NCBI GenBank assembly: GCA_963674945.2
Contig: CAXXWQ010000003.1
Coordinates: 576,001 to 640,000, forward strand
Reading direction: 5' to 3'
Length of the DNA: 64,000 nt
Source: an uncultured Desulfosarcina sp.
Lineage (GTDB): Bacteria > Desulfobacterota > Desulfobacteria > Desulfobacterales > Desulfosarcinaceae
Below, piece after piece: positions 29,008-40,252 of the stretch (position 1 is the stretch's first letter; each line of letters opens with the position of its first letter). A program made the translations under genes and the position numbers. The notes below the pieces were generated by a model, which had not been told where the DNA came from, ran no database searches, and worked only from the letters and a program-made list of their open reading frames with translations.

Positions 29008-29122
29008 AGGAGCCAGAAGCCAGAATGAATCTGAAGTCGCTTCGCTCCATCGATTGCATAAAATGGATCGAACCGAAGGCGAATACCTGATTCTGGATTC
29101 TGAATTCTGACTCCTGGATTCT
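29008..29122. repeat. Inverted 7-mer tandem arrays around a ~60-bp core
   Basis: Left AGGAGCC AGAAGCC AGAAT; right ATTCTGG ATTCTGA ATTCTGA CTCCTGG ATTCT. Confidence 0.7.
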
Positions 29123-29197
29123 TGTAACAATCATACGGCATAGCCAAGGAACGCTGACCTGGCCCAGAGGACTATGTTTTCTACACCCCAATAACCG

Positions 29198-29500
29198 TTA
29201 CAGAACCGTCAGTTTGCGCACGTAGTCACGCACGTAGTGGGGAAGATCACCGGTTTTGAGATATTCCCGAAAATCCGCATCGGCCGTCCGGGCTCCAAGG
29301 GACCAGGTGGCCGCAGCCCTTTTGAACACCTCGTGTTCGCTGATCCCCTGCCTCCTGGCGTGGTTCCACAACCGCTCTTCATCGGTCAATGGCGTCCTAT
29401 TGGCCCAGTACTTATCCAGCCGGCGCATCGCTTCGAAATAGATCACGACGGCCACAAGGGCCAACAGCATTGGCCAGCCGATGACATCCCCCCCATTCAT
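29198..29500 (-). CDS. Small hypothetical membrane protein
   Basis: ATG after GGGAGAG; one TM; ends LPHYVRDYVRK. Confidence 0.55.
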   Translation of the reverse strand: MNGGDVIGWPMLLALVAVVIYFEAMRRLDKYWANRTPLTDEERLWNHARRQGISEHEVFKRAAATWSLGARTADADFREYLKTGDLPHYVRDYVRKLTVL

Positions 29501-29646
29501 CCATACTCTCCCGCTGACGTGTTCCGATATTGCCGAGCCCGCACCGATTCGTTCAGTATACCATATATATCGAACAATCTCATTGCCGATATTCCAAGGA
29601 ATCACTTGAAATTTAGCCGAAACATCGGATAACAGGTACCACTTCT

Positions 29647-29818
29647 TGATGATCTCGTAATAAGTCGATGCTCGGACGGCTTTGTAAAAAGTTCGAGATC
29701 AAGCTTTGCGAGTCCCGAGAATACCGCTATCGCGGGTGCCGTAGGCAGCGTACATAGGGTACTCCGCCGTGACGAGGGATGAGGGGTAACGCCGATATCG
29801 GACTTTTTACGAATCCGT
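29647..29818. repeat. Palindromic REP/MITE-like element, copy A
   Basis: CGGCTTTGTAAAAAGT..ACTTTTTACGAATCCG; reverse complement of 38083-38255 (about 92% in the core by hand count). Confidence 0.85.
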
Positions 29819-30003
29819 AAAAATATGGAACCGGAGCAAGAGGGTGGTGCGACAGGAGCCGTTCACGGGAGTGTGAACGGCTTGGCAACTGGGTGCCAGT
29901 TTGCGTTGCTCCGGTATAATAAGATAATAATTCTTCATCGAGATCCAATCAAGTTGAAAATAGCACTTTTTTTTCATTGGAACATAGCGATCCCCCTTCC
30001 CCC

Positions 30004-30030
30004 TAAAGCGAAGCGACCATGTGCCGATAA
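30004..30030 (+). promoter_or_regulatory. Sigma-28 (FliA)-type promoter
   Basis: Exact TAAA-N15-GCCGATAA upstream of the PilZ gene. Confidence 0.75.
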
Positions 30031-30130
30031 TGTACACGTTATACATAAACGTGTAAGGTGCCGAATCATGAAAGCTCGCGCGAAACCCTCTCAACTGACC
30101 CGACACGCGAAAAAACCTGAAACGAAAAAC

Positions 30131-30604
30131 ATGCCGGTTCGTGTGTTTCTCAATGAAAACTGCCAGGGAACATTCATTTGTCCATCCTGCGGTAACAGCG
30201 TCATCAAGCGCCTGGGAGATCATATTCATGGCGGATCGGTGGTACGAATAAAATGCAAATGCAAATGCGGCCATGTTTTTCCCGCAATCATCGAACAGCG
30301 CCACTTTTTTCGAAAGCCATCCGACTTCATGGGCGGTTTCACCTACAGGGGTGGAAATGGCCCGCAACAGAAAGGAATGATCCGGATAACGGATATCTCC
30401 CAGTCCGGCATGCAGTTTACCTTAACAGAAGCACCCTCGTTTCGGGTGGGAGACCGGTTGTCCATCGAATTCAGGTTGAACGATAAGGATCAGACCCTGG
30501 TCCAGGAAGAGGGAACCGTCCTTCGGATTCAGCATCGACAAGTCGGCCTGCGATTCGATTCCCCCGAACGATACGGAAAGCTCGGCCAGTATCTCTTTCT
30601 CTGA
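30131..30604 (+). CDS. Zn-ribbon plus PilZ domain protein
   Basis: CPSC..CKC, RHFFR, DISQSG. Start could be 30068. Confidence 0.8.
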   Translation: MPVRVFLNENCQGTFICPSCGNSVIKRLGDHIHGGSVVRIKCKCKCGHVFPAIIEQRHFFRKPSDFMGGFTYRGGNGPQQKGMIRITDISQSGMQFTLTEAPSFRVGDRLSIEFRLNDKDQTLVQEEGTVLRIQHRQVGLRFDSPERYGKLGQYLFL

Positions 30605-30640
30605 TTCCATATCGATATGATCGATGTGGATCCGCGTTTT

Positions 30641-32596
30641 CTACGCAAGTACCTGCTTTATCTTATTGGACAGTTGCGTAAGGTTGTACGGCTTCTGAAT
30701 GAAGCCGTCACGGCTTCCCTTCAAGATGGATTCGGCCTGCTCTTCGATGCCGTATCCCGAAGAGAGAATGACGCGAAGGTCGGGTCGAATCGCCTTTATT
30801 CGATGGTATACGACCTCCCCACTCATGTCCGGCATGACCAGGTCCAGAATCATTATATCGATTCGTTCCTTGTTCTCCGTAAAAACGCGAAGGGCGGCTT
30901 CACCACCGTTGGCGAGCAAGACTTCGTAACCGAGGTTTTTCAAAAGGACTTTATCGGCATTTAGGATATATTCCTCATCATCCACCACCAAAACGGTTCC
31001 GGTCCCCTTTTCCGGTCGCCCCCCGACCGATGTCGTTTTCCCGTTGTCCCTGCTCTCGGGCCGTTTTGTGACTTCGGCCTCCGGCAAATGGATGGTAAAC
31101 GTCGTTCCCACACCCACCTGACTGGTTACGGTGATGATTCCCATGTGTTTTTTCACGATCCCGAATACGGTGGACAACCCCAGGCCGGTCGCTTCCCCCA
31201 TGTGCCGCGTGGTATAAAATGGTTCGAAGATCCGCTCGCGTATCGACTCGTCCATTCCCGAGCCCGTATCGGTAACTTCGATTGTTATGTATCTGCCCGG
31301 AGGCAAATCATAGGGTTTGACGAAGGCGCCATCCAGGTCGGTATTGCCCGTTGCGACGGTCAACTGCCCCCCCTTGGCCATGGCGTGGCAAGCATTCAAA
31401 AACAGTTCCATCATGGCCAGTTCCATCTGGACGGAATCGGCCTGGGCCACTGCCGGATCAGCTTCCAATGTAAGCCGAACACGCATCTCCTTACGGGTCC
31501 GGGAGAACATGTTCGACGATTTTTCCACCATGCGGTTGATATCCATGGGTTCCAATGAATATCGACCGCCCTTGGCAAAGCTGAGCAATTGACGGGTCAA
31601 TTTGGCACCGCTTTCGATGCACCCTTCGATTCTTGAAAGCTCTTCGTATCCCGCGTCTCCTTTCGATTTATCCTGCTCCAAGATGGAGACATTTCCCTGG
31701 ATTCCCATAAGCAGATTGTTGAAGTTATGGGCGATTCCACCGGCAATGTTGCCGATTGCATCCATACGCCGGACATGCTGAAGCTGATACTCCAGGTTTC
31801 GTTGTTCCGTAACGTCGGTAATGAGAAATATAGTCGTATCCGATTCACCGATAACCGGAAAGCTTCGAATGACGACCTGGCGGTTATTGAGTTCAAAGGG
31901 GCGTGCCAGACCCACCACCGATGTCTTCGCCTGGCTCGGATTCATCAAACGGTCGATCCTGCCTTTCTCCACTTTGCCGAAAAGATCGGACGGCTCGGCA
32001 GACAGAAGGTTTTCCAAAGGGATGCCAAAAAGGGAGACGGCGGCGGAATTGGCATAGACCACTTTGCCCGTGTACAATTCGATGATCGCTTCCGTCATGC
32101 TTTCCAGTATGGTCTCCAGATGGCGGTTTCGTCCCAACAACTCTTTGGTCATACGACGAGCATACACGGGAATCCCACTGACAGAGGCAATTCCTCTAAT
32201 CTGTTTACCGGATCTTGATCGACATGGGGTATCGGCATCGGATACGGCAGAGAGAATATGCTTCCCCATCTGCCCGAAAGGCCCTTTTGCAATGCAGGCG
32301 TCGACGCCGATCGTGTCGAAGTCCAGGTCCATCTCGGCAATGGCGGCAGAAACGATCACGATATAGCAATGTTTCATATGTGCCATCGTCCGGATGATCT
32401 GGCACAATTTGTCTCCGCCGATCTTCGGCAAAATCAGATCGATAAAAGCGATATCCGGTTCATACGAGGTGAGCAGGCTTAAGGCGGAAAGCCCATCTTC
32501 GCATGTTTTTACCTCATGCCCTTCCTTCTCCAGAAGATTTGAGAGGAATTTCAAGATCATTCGATTGTCATCGACTACCAGAATCTTCTTTTTCAT
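30641..32596 (-). CDS. Hybrid sensor histidine kinase (REC-PAS-HisKA-HATPase-REC)
   Basis: ILVVDD, AGGIAHNFNN, DTGSG, EPFYTT, GLGL, C-terminal VLVVDDE..DLVMP..KP. Confidence 0.92.
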   Translation of the reverse strand: MKKKILVVDDNRMILKFLSNLLEKEGHEVKTCEDGLSALSLLTSYEPDIAFIDLILPKIGGDKLCQIIRTMAHMKHCYIVIVSAAIAEMDLDFDTIGVDACIAKGPFGQMGKHILSAVSDADTPCRSRSGKQIRGIASVSGIPVYARRMTKELLGRNRHLETILESMTEAIIELYTGKVVYANSAAVSLFGIPLENLLSAEPSDLFGKVEKGRIDRLMNPSQAKTSVVGLARPFELNNRQVVIRSFPVIGESDTTIFLITDVTEQRNLEYQLQHVRRMDAIGNIAGGIAHNFNNLLMGIQGNVSILEQDKSKGDAGYEELSRIEGCIESGAKLTRQLLSFAKGGRYSLEPMDINRMVEKSSNMFSRTRKEMRVRLTLEADPAVAQADSVQMELAMMELFLNACHAMAKGGQLTVATGNTDLDGAFVKPYDLPPGRYITIEVTDTGSGMDESIRERIFEPFYTTRHMGEATGLGLSTVFGIVKKHMGIITVTSQVGVGTTFTIHLPEAEVTKRPESRDNGKTTSVGGRPEKGTGTVLVVDDEEYILNADKVLLKNLGYEVLLANGGEAALRVFTENKERIDIMILDLVMPDMSGEVVYHRIKAIRPDLRVILSSGYGIEEQAESILKGSRDGFIQKPYNLTQLSNKIKQVLA

Positions 32597-32771
32597 GCGA
32601 TTGTAATCCGAAAAAATGTGAAATGCCCGGTTCAGGGAATAAAAAGGCAACGGAACACCAGCCGGTCGGTACTTTCGTTCAATGCGCAACAGGTCACGTG
32701 ATTATGCGCAAAGGCGTCTGGTACCGTCAAGAAAATAATTGGAAATCCCACCTGGCCACCCTTTGTTTTTA

Positions 32772-32800
32772 TTGACAGCGTTGCTCTGTCCTTCTAAATA
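32772..32800 (+). promoter_or_regulatory. Putative sigma-70 promoter for the GGDEF gene
   Basis: TTGACA-N17-TAAATA. Confidence 0.4.
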
Positions 32801-32945
32801 GGAACAATGATCAGTTTCTACATGATAATAAAACAAATTGCTCACCTAACGAATCAATGTCGGATAAAGACATCGAAAAACACCCATGACGCCCATCGCA
32901 ATTGCAAAGCGAAGGGGAATCCTTACATGGAGAGGCGACGACGCA

Positions 32946-33968
32946 ATGATGTACTATGAAGATACAATCGATGATTCACGACAATACCTGCGGATTGCCA
33001 TAGAGAAGATGGGCGCATACGGATTGCCGACGGATCCTTTGAATTATTGCGTTTGGTATGAGTACAGCAGCGGAAGAAACCAGACGTTGAACAACGCCAT
33101 CGATGAATTTATCAATAAGAATGGCGTCTTTTCCCAACAGGTCACACAACAATTATACACCCAATTCATCGTCAATGGGGAAGAAAAGGTCAGAACCCTG
33201 GTCCGGGAGAATCTGAAAAGGATATTTTCGGAAATCATCGACGCCATCAAGACCACCAACGCCAACTATTCCCAGTCCGAAACAAATCTGGGAAATATTA
33301 ATGATTCCATTCCGGCCGTTCTTTCCGAGGAGAATGTGGAGATTATCGTCAATCAGATAAAACGGGAAATCAGGAACCTGGAAGCAACCAACGGATCTTT
33401 CCAGGACGAACTCCACAGGGCCACCAAGGAAATTGATCAGCTGAAAGCCAAGATGGCACAATATCGAACGGAAGCATTCATCGATCCGTTGACGCGGGTC
33501 GAAAACCGCCGGGGCTTCGACAAAAGACTCCAGGAAGCCATCAAAAATGCCTCTTCCGAAGATACCCCCCTCTGCTTGATCATGGCCGACATCGATCACT
33601 TTAAATCGATCAATGACAGCCACGGACATCTGGTCGGAGACAACGTTCTCCGCATGGTTGCCGCGACCATCAAGGAAACCATCAAAGGAAAAGACCTGGT
33701 TGCCAGAATCGGTGGTGAAGAGTTTGCCATCCTTTTGCCTGACACCCCCATCCAAGGAGCCATGAAACTGGCCGACAATATGCGAATCAGCTTCGAACGG
33801 CTCGATTTGAAGAAAAAAACCACCGGAGAACGTCTGGGACGGATCACCCTCTCTTTCGGCGTGACAATCTACCAGAAATGTGAGACGGACGAGACCTTCT
33901 TGCAGCGCGCCGACGAGGCGATGTATCGATCGAAAAAAGCGGGAAGGAACAATGTCACCCAATTGTAA
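32946..33968 (+). CDS. Diguanylate cyclase
   Basis: DPLT..NRR, DIDHFK.IND.HGH..GD, RIGGEEF. Confidence 0.92.
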   Translation: MMYYEDTIDDSRQYLRIAIEKMGAYGLPTDPLNYCVWYEYSSGRNQTLNNAIDEFINKNGVFSQQVTQQLYTQFIVNGEEKVRTLVRENLKRIFSEIIDAIKTTNANYSQSETNLGNINDSIPAVLSEENVEIIVNQIKREIRNLEATNGSFQDELHRATKEIDQLKAKMAQYRTEAFIDPLTRVENRRGFDKRLQEAIKNASSEDTPLCLIMADIDHFKSINDSHGHLVGDNVLRMVAATIKETIKGKDLVARIGGEEFAILLPDTPIQGAMKLADNMRISFERLDLKKKTTGERLGRITLSFGVTIYQKCETDETFLQRADEAMYRSKKAGRNNVTQL

Positions 33969-34013
33969 ATTTCCAATCATAAACGATCTTCGGATTTCCC
34001 CATCTTTCTTTTG

Positions 34014-34223
34014 ACCTAAGCTGAGCGATTGTCGAGTTTGCCGCAGGTACAAGGAAGATGCTTTTCCGCTATAGTCGCCTATGCGGGAAGGCATCTGACG
34101 CCGTAGATGCGGTAAGATCGGCAATCCCGGAGGGTTTCAAATTTTTGAGGGAATATTGCACCAACGTTCAACGATTTTAAAAACTTACATTAGTTAGAAA
34201 AATTTGAAACGCTCAGCTTGGGT
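34014..34223. repeat. Palindromic intergenic element
   Basis: Terminal IR ACCTAAGCTGAGCG / CGCTCAGCTTGGGT (13/14); inner IR TTTCAAATTTTT / AAAAATTTGAAA. Confidence 0.7.
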
Positions 34224-34297
34224 ATGAATATCGTGCCGCACCATGTTGTTACCGTGTCACCGGGATATGCTATAATAAACGGATGGAGGACGATGGC

Positions 34298-35488
34298 ATG
34301 ACTGACAGACTCGTCGAACACTTGGCCGAAGAGACCGAGATTTTAAAGGAAAAAGGCCTGTATAAGGGCGAACGGGTGATCACCTCCGCACAACAGGCCG
34401 CGATTCTGGTCCAGGGCGGAAAAACCGTTATAAACTTTTGCGCAAACAACTACCTGGGCCTTTCCAACCATCCCCAACTGATCGAAACAGCACAAAAAGC
34501 CCTGAAGGAGCATGGATTCGGCATGTCCTCGGTCCGTTTCATCTGCGGGACCCAGGACATCCACAAAAAACTGGAGGCTCGCATCAGTCATTTTCTGGGC
34601 ACGGAAGACACCATATTGTACAGTTCGTGTTTCGATGCCAACGGCGGTTTGTTCGAGGCGATTCTGGATGAAAATGACGCGGTGATCAGCGACGCCTTGA
34701 ACCACGCCAGCATCATCGACGGCATCCGTTTGTGCAAAGCCAGACGATTCCGTTATGAAAACAATAATATGGATGATTTGCAGAGGCAACTGGCAGCGGC
34801 GTCGGACTGCCGATTTCGGCTGATCGCCACCGACGGCGTGTTTTCCATGGATGGTATCATCGCCAATCTGGAAGGAATTTGCGACCTTGCCGATCGGTAC
34901 GATGCCCTTGTCATGGTGGATGATTCCCATGCCGTGGGTTTTCTGGGGGATGGGGGTCGAGGAACACCGGAATATTGCGGTGTATCCCATCGGGTGGATA
35001 TCCTCACCGGAACCCTGGGAAAAGCCCTGGGCGGTGCGTCGGGCGGCTATACATCCGGAAAAAAAGAGATCGTCGGCTGGCTGCGCCAGCGCTCCCGGCC
35101 CTACTTGTTTTCCAATTCCCTGGCACCGGTCATCACCGCCACTTCCATCGCAGCGCTGGAATTGATTGAAACCAATCCTTCCCTTTTGAAACGACTGAGA
35201 GAAAACAGCCGCTATTTCAGACAAGGCATGGAATCTGCCGGCTTTACCCTCGTTCCCGGCCATCATCCCATCATTCCGGTGATGCTGGGCGAAGCGCGGC
35301 TTGCCAATGAAATGGCGGACCGGTTGCTGGAAAGAGGAATCTACGTCGTGGGTTTCAGCTATCCGGTCGTTCCCCATGGAAAGGCCCGCATTCGCACCCA
35401 GATGTCCGCCGCCCATACAAAGGAACACCTGGACCGGGCCATCGACGCATTCATCGGGGTGGGAAAAGAACTGGGCGTCATTCAGTAA
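34298..35488 (+). CDS. kbl: 2-amino-3-ketobutyrate CoA ligase (glycine C-acetyltransferase)
   Basis: [44 protein letters not shown]; upstream of tdh; TGcTATAAT near 34268-34276. Confidence 0.95.
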   Translation: MTDRLVEHLAEETEILKEKGLYKGERVITSAQQAAILVQGGKTVINFCANNYLGLSNHPQLIETAQKALKEHGFGMSSVRFICGTQDIHKKLEARISHFLGTEDTILYSSCFDANGGLFEAILDENDAVISDALNHASIIDGIRLCKARRFRYENNNMDDLQRQLAAASDCRFRLIATDGVFSMDGIIANLEGICDLADRYDALVMVDDSHAVGFLGDGGRGTPEYCGVSHRVDILTGTLGKALGGASGGYTSGKKEIVGWLRQRSRPYLFSNSLAPVITATSIAALELIETNPSLLKRLRENSRYFRQGMESAGFTLVPGHHPIIPVMLGEARLANEMADRLLERGIYVVGFSYPVVPHGKARIRTQMSAAHTKEHLDRAIDAFIGVGKELGVIQ

Positions 35489-35525
35489 CATACCTGTGTT
35501 GGGTGCTCAATTTCGGGAGAAACCT

Positions 35526-35723
35526 ATGAAAGAGGAAAGAACACAGCTTACAGAATTTTGTCCAAAATGCCAGAGGACGCGAAACATCAATGGTGTCACG
35601 ACCACAAATAGTGTGAACGATGCCCATGGAAATACGAAACATGTTGTTATTATCAACTACCATTGTGAATCGTGTAATACATTCCTTCGGTCAGAGGAAC
35701 TTGAGACGGAGGAAAAAGAGTGA
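35526..35723 (+). CDS. Small CxxC..CxxC (zinc-ribbon-like) protein
   Basis: 65 aa, FCPKC and HCESC; RBS GGGAG. Confidence 0.55.
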   Translation: MKEERTQLTEFCPKCQRTRNINGVTTTNSVNDAHGNTKHVVIINYHCESCNTFLRSEELETEEKE

Positions 35724-35856
35724 GTTTCTGCTCATCCGTGCAGGCAACCGTCTCATGTCAAATTCGGGAGGAAATCACCCAGGGAAAGAGCGCCACAAGA
35801 CCGCTCAATAAGGAAACGATCCCAATGCAATTGACTTTACAAAATCCGGTGCTCCC

Positions 35857-36890
<1,034 letters not shown>

Positions 36891-37032
36891 GGGCACTGGC
36901 AAGTAAACGGAGTTTGTTCCAATGAAATAAAATTGACTTTTCCATACCATCGGATTAGGTATACGCGAATTTGCAATCGTTGCCAATCAACATTGATGAA
37001 GCCATAAAAAGTCAGACTTCAGGAGTTTGTAT

Positions 37033-38079
37033 ATGAAGAAATCGCTCACCTATGCCGATGCCGGTGTGGACATCGACAAGGCGGACGCCCTGGTCGATAC
37101 CATCAAAAAAATCGCCAAAAAGACGAGAAGAATGGGCGTAATGGGTGAAATCGGCGGATTCGGCGGTCTCTTCTCACTGAACACCGCCAACATGGACAGT
37201 CCGGTATTGGTCAGTTCCACGGATGGCGTGGGGACCAAACTCAAGATTGCCTTTCTCATGAATCGTCATGACACGGTGGGCATCGATCTGGTGGCCATGT
37301 GTGTAAACGACATCGCCGTTCAGGGGGCAAGGCCGCTGTTTTTCCTGGATTATTTGGCTACGGGAAGATTGGAGCCCGGAACGGTCACCGACATCATCAC
37401 GGGTATCGGAGAGGGATGCATCCAGGCCGAATGCGCCCTCATCGGCGGTGAGACTGCTGAGATGCCCGGTTTTTACCGGGACAACGAGTACGACCTGGCC
37501 GGTTTTGCAGTGGGTATCGTGGACAACAGCAAGATCGTGGACGGATCGGAAATACGCCCCGGCCACCAGATCATCGGCATCGCCGCCAATGGCCTGCACA
37601 GCAATGGCTATTCTCTGGTTCGCAAGATCTGTTTCGACGTATTGAAACTATCGGTGGACGACCATGTTCCGGAATTGGGAAAGACCTTGGGAGAGGAATT
37701 GATCATACCCACCCGCATCTACTCGGAAACGATTCAGAACCTGATTCGGGATCTGCCCATCCAAGGATTGGCTCATATTACCGGCGGTGGAATAACGGAC
37801 AATATCATCCGGGTGATTCCACAGGCCTGCGGCATCGCCATAAAGAAGGGCTCCTGGGATGTACCCCCCATCTTCCCGTTTTTGCAGCAGGCCGGAAACG
37901 TCAGTGAGAAGGAGATGATGCGCACCTTCAACAACGGGATCGGCCTGGTTGCCGTGGTTCCCGAAAAAAGTGCCCAGGACGTGCAAAACCGGCTTACCGG
38001 CAGCGGGGAAAAAGCCTGGGTCATCGGCGAGGTAACCAAAATGAGGAAGAATGCCCGTTCCCGGGTCAAATGGGTATGA
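37033..38079 (+). CDS. purM: Phosphoribosylformylglycinamidine cyclo-ligase
   Basis: YADAGVDI, TDGVGTK, GGETAEMP, GLHSNGYSL, AHITGGG, RTFNNG. Confidence 0.96.
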   Translation: MKKSLTYADAGVDIDKADALVDTIKKIAKKTRRMGVMGEIGGFGGLFSLNTANMDSPVLVSSTDGVGTKLKIAFLMNRHDTVGIDLVAMCVNDIAVQGARPLFFLDYLATGRLEPGTVTDIITGIGEGCIQAECALIGGETAEMPGFYRDNEYDLAGFAVGIVDNSKIVDGSEIRPGHQIIGIAANGLHSNGYSLVRKICFDVLKLSVDDHVPELGKTLGEELIIPTRIYSETIQNLIRDLPIQGLAHITGGGITDNIIRVIPQACGIAIKKGSWDVPPIFPFLQQAGNVSEKEMMRTFNNGIGLVAVVPEKSAQDVQNRLTGSGEKAWVIGEVTKMRKNARSRVKWV

Positions 38080-38082
38080 CAT

Positions 38083-38255
38083 GGCGGCTTCGTAAAAAGT
38101 CCGATATCGGCGTTACGCTTCATCCCTCGTCACTGCGGAGTACTATATGTACGCTGCCTACGGCACCCGCGATAGCGGTATTCTCGAGATTCGCAAGCCT
38201 TGATCTCGAACTTTTTACGAAGCCGCCCATAATATGATTTTTTACGGGTTCATCA
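38083..38255. repeat. Palindromic REP/MITE-like element, copy B
   Basis: GGCGGCTTCGTAAAAAGT..ACTTTTTACGAAGCCGCC perfect IR, plus an extra outer arm TTTTTACGGGTTCATCA. Confidence 0.85.
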
Positions 38256-38400
38256 TAACATGATCAAAAAACTCTTCGCTCCGCTTGTTCGGCTGTTTGA
38301 ATGGATTGCCGAAGGCCAGAAAAGAGAGCCGGTTTGCAAAAACTGAGCTGTCAAAAACAGGGGCTCCGGTCGGATCCCCTCCAAGAAATAGTCGTTTACC

Positions 38401-39441
38401 TTGATCATACTCGGCATAGAATCCTCCTGCGATGAAACGGCGGCAGCCGTGGTGAAAGACGGCAGTCGAATCCTTTCCTCCGAAGTCGCCTCCCAGGTGG
38501 CTGTTCATCATCCTTATGGTGGCGTCGTACCCGAACTGGCTTCCCGAAAGCACATGGAGGCCATCGTTCCCGTCGTCGAAACGGCCGTCGCCACAGCCAA
38601 AATCGACGCCCGCAGGCTCGACGGCGTTGCCGTCACCCAGGGTCCGGGGTTGGTTGGCTCGCTGCTGGTCGGATTTTCCTTCACCAAGGGATTCGCCTTC
38701 GGGCACGGGATTCCGTGGATCGGCGTAGACCATCTGGAGGCACACATCAACTCCGTCTTTCTGGAACCGAATCCGCCTGACTTCCCCTTCGTGGCACTTC
38801 TGGTCTCCGGCGGCCACACCTGCATCTACCACGTGACCGACCATCTTGCATTTCACCGACTCGGACAAACCCGTGACGATGCGGCCGGCGAGGCTTACGA
38901 TAAGGTCGCCAAGATGCTGGGGTTGGGATATCCCGGCGGTGTGATCATCGACCGCCTGGCGGCCCAGGGCGACCCGACCCGGATCCGTTTTTCTCGCCCC
39001 TTTCTCGACAAGCGCCGATTCGATTTCTCCTTCAGCGGTATCAAGTCGGCAGTCCTCCGGTATATCCAAACCAACCCGGAAGCCGCCCAAAAAGACCGGG
39101 CCCACATCGCCGCCGGATTCCAGGCCGCGGTCGTCGAGGTGTTGTCCTTCAAGATCGTCCACGCGGCGAAAAACAAAGGATGCCGTCATCTTGCCGTCGT
39201 GGGCGGCGTCGCCGCCAACCGGGGACTCAGGGAGGCCGTGAACCGGCGTGCAGCCGAATCGGACATCCGTGTCCATATCCCCGCCGTCGATCTTTGCGGT
39301 GACAATGCCGCCATGGTGGCGGCAGTGGGCTATCACCGTCTGATGGCCGGCGAGCGGTCCCATTTGGACGACGACGTCTATTCGCGCGTGAAATTCAGGC
39401 CCGACGCGGTGGAAGTCGTCGAAAAGAAAGCGACTTTATGA
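38401..39441 (+). CDS. tsaD: tRNA N6-adenosine threonylcarbamoyltransferase
   Basis: LGIESSCDET, GGVVPELASR, HLEAH, SGGHT, DDAAGE, DNAAMV; TTG start. Confidence 0.95.
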   Translation: MIILGIESSCDETAAAVVKDGSRILSSEVASQVAVHHPYGGVVPELASRKHMEAIVPVVETAVATAKIDARRLDGVAVTQGPGLVGSLLVGFSFTKGFAFGHGIPWIGVDHLEAHINSVFLEPNPPDFPFVALLVSGGHTCIYHVTDHLAFHRLGQTRDDAAGEAYDKVAKMLGLGYPGGVIIDRLAAQGDPTRIRFSRPFLDKRRFDFSFSGIKSAVLRYIQTNPEAAQKDRAHIAAGFQAAVVEVLSFKIVHAAKNKGCRHLAVVGGVAANRGLREAVNRRAAESDIRVHIPAVDLCGDNAAMVAAVGYHRLMAGERSHLDDDVYSRVKFRPDAVEVVEKKATL

Positions 39442-40136
39442 GCAAACGGGAAGCGTTGAAAGACTTCTGTTACCAGAAAGTGATTCCCCGCGCCGGTTTG
39501 GTTCTGGTCAAACTCATCTCCCGGACCTATCGGTACCGCATCGTGGGGACAGACCACGAGCGGGCGGCATTGGATACGTACGGCAGCGTCGTCTATGCCT
39601 CCTGGCACCAGCGTTTCTTTCCCGGCATCACCTTCTTTGCCAGTCGCAAACCCATCGCCATCATGATCAGTCAGAGCCGGGACGGCGAAATGATCGCCAG
39701 GGTAGTGGATATCCTGGGCTGGCAGTCGGTTCGCGGCTCATCTACCAGGGGCGGTCTTCGCGCCCTGAAGCGTCTCAAATCCCTGACCCAAAAGGGGTAT
39801 CGCGTGGGGCACATCGTCGATGGCCCCCAGGGACCCTTCGGTGTGATCAAGCCCGGCCTGATCACCATCGCCCAATTCGCCGGCGCCCCCATCGTTCCCG
39901 CCATCATGACCGCCCAACGGTACTGGTCCGCCAACAGCTGGGACCGGTTCATGATCCCCAAACCCTTTACCAAAGTGATCGTCCGTTTCACTCCCCCCAT
40001 TCCCGTTCCCCGCCGGCTGGATGCACCGGCCTTCGAAACCCTTCGGCAAGATGTGGAGAAAGAGATTAAAGAACGATACATCGAGACCGATAATTGGTGG
40101 AGAAGCCCGGAAAAAATCAGACGATATTTTCCATAA
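39438..40136 (+). CDS. DUF374 / lysophospholipid acyltransferase family protein
   Basis: WH, SQSRDGE, RGSS, DGPQGP, SWDRF.IPKPF. Confidence 0.85.
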   Translation: MSKREALKDFCYQKVIPRAGLVLVKLISRTYRYRIVGTDHERAALDTYGSVVYASWHQRFFPGITFFASRKPIAIMISQSRDGEMIARVVDILGWQSVRGSSTRGGLRALKRLKSLTQKGYRVGHIVDGPQGPFGVIKPGLITIAQFAGAPIVPAIMTAQRYWSANSWDRFMIPKPFTKVIVRFTPPIPVPRRLDAPAFETLRQDVEKEIKERYIETDNWWRSPEKIRRYFP

Positions 40137-40252
40137 CACCATAACAAGAAACATGTATCACATGGATTTTCAAACGGATGCGGCCGCACTGTTCCGGAAA
40201 TCCGAAAACTGAGTCACCATTTCTCGCTTTGCGGCGTTGCGAGACAGGAAGG

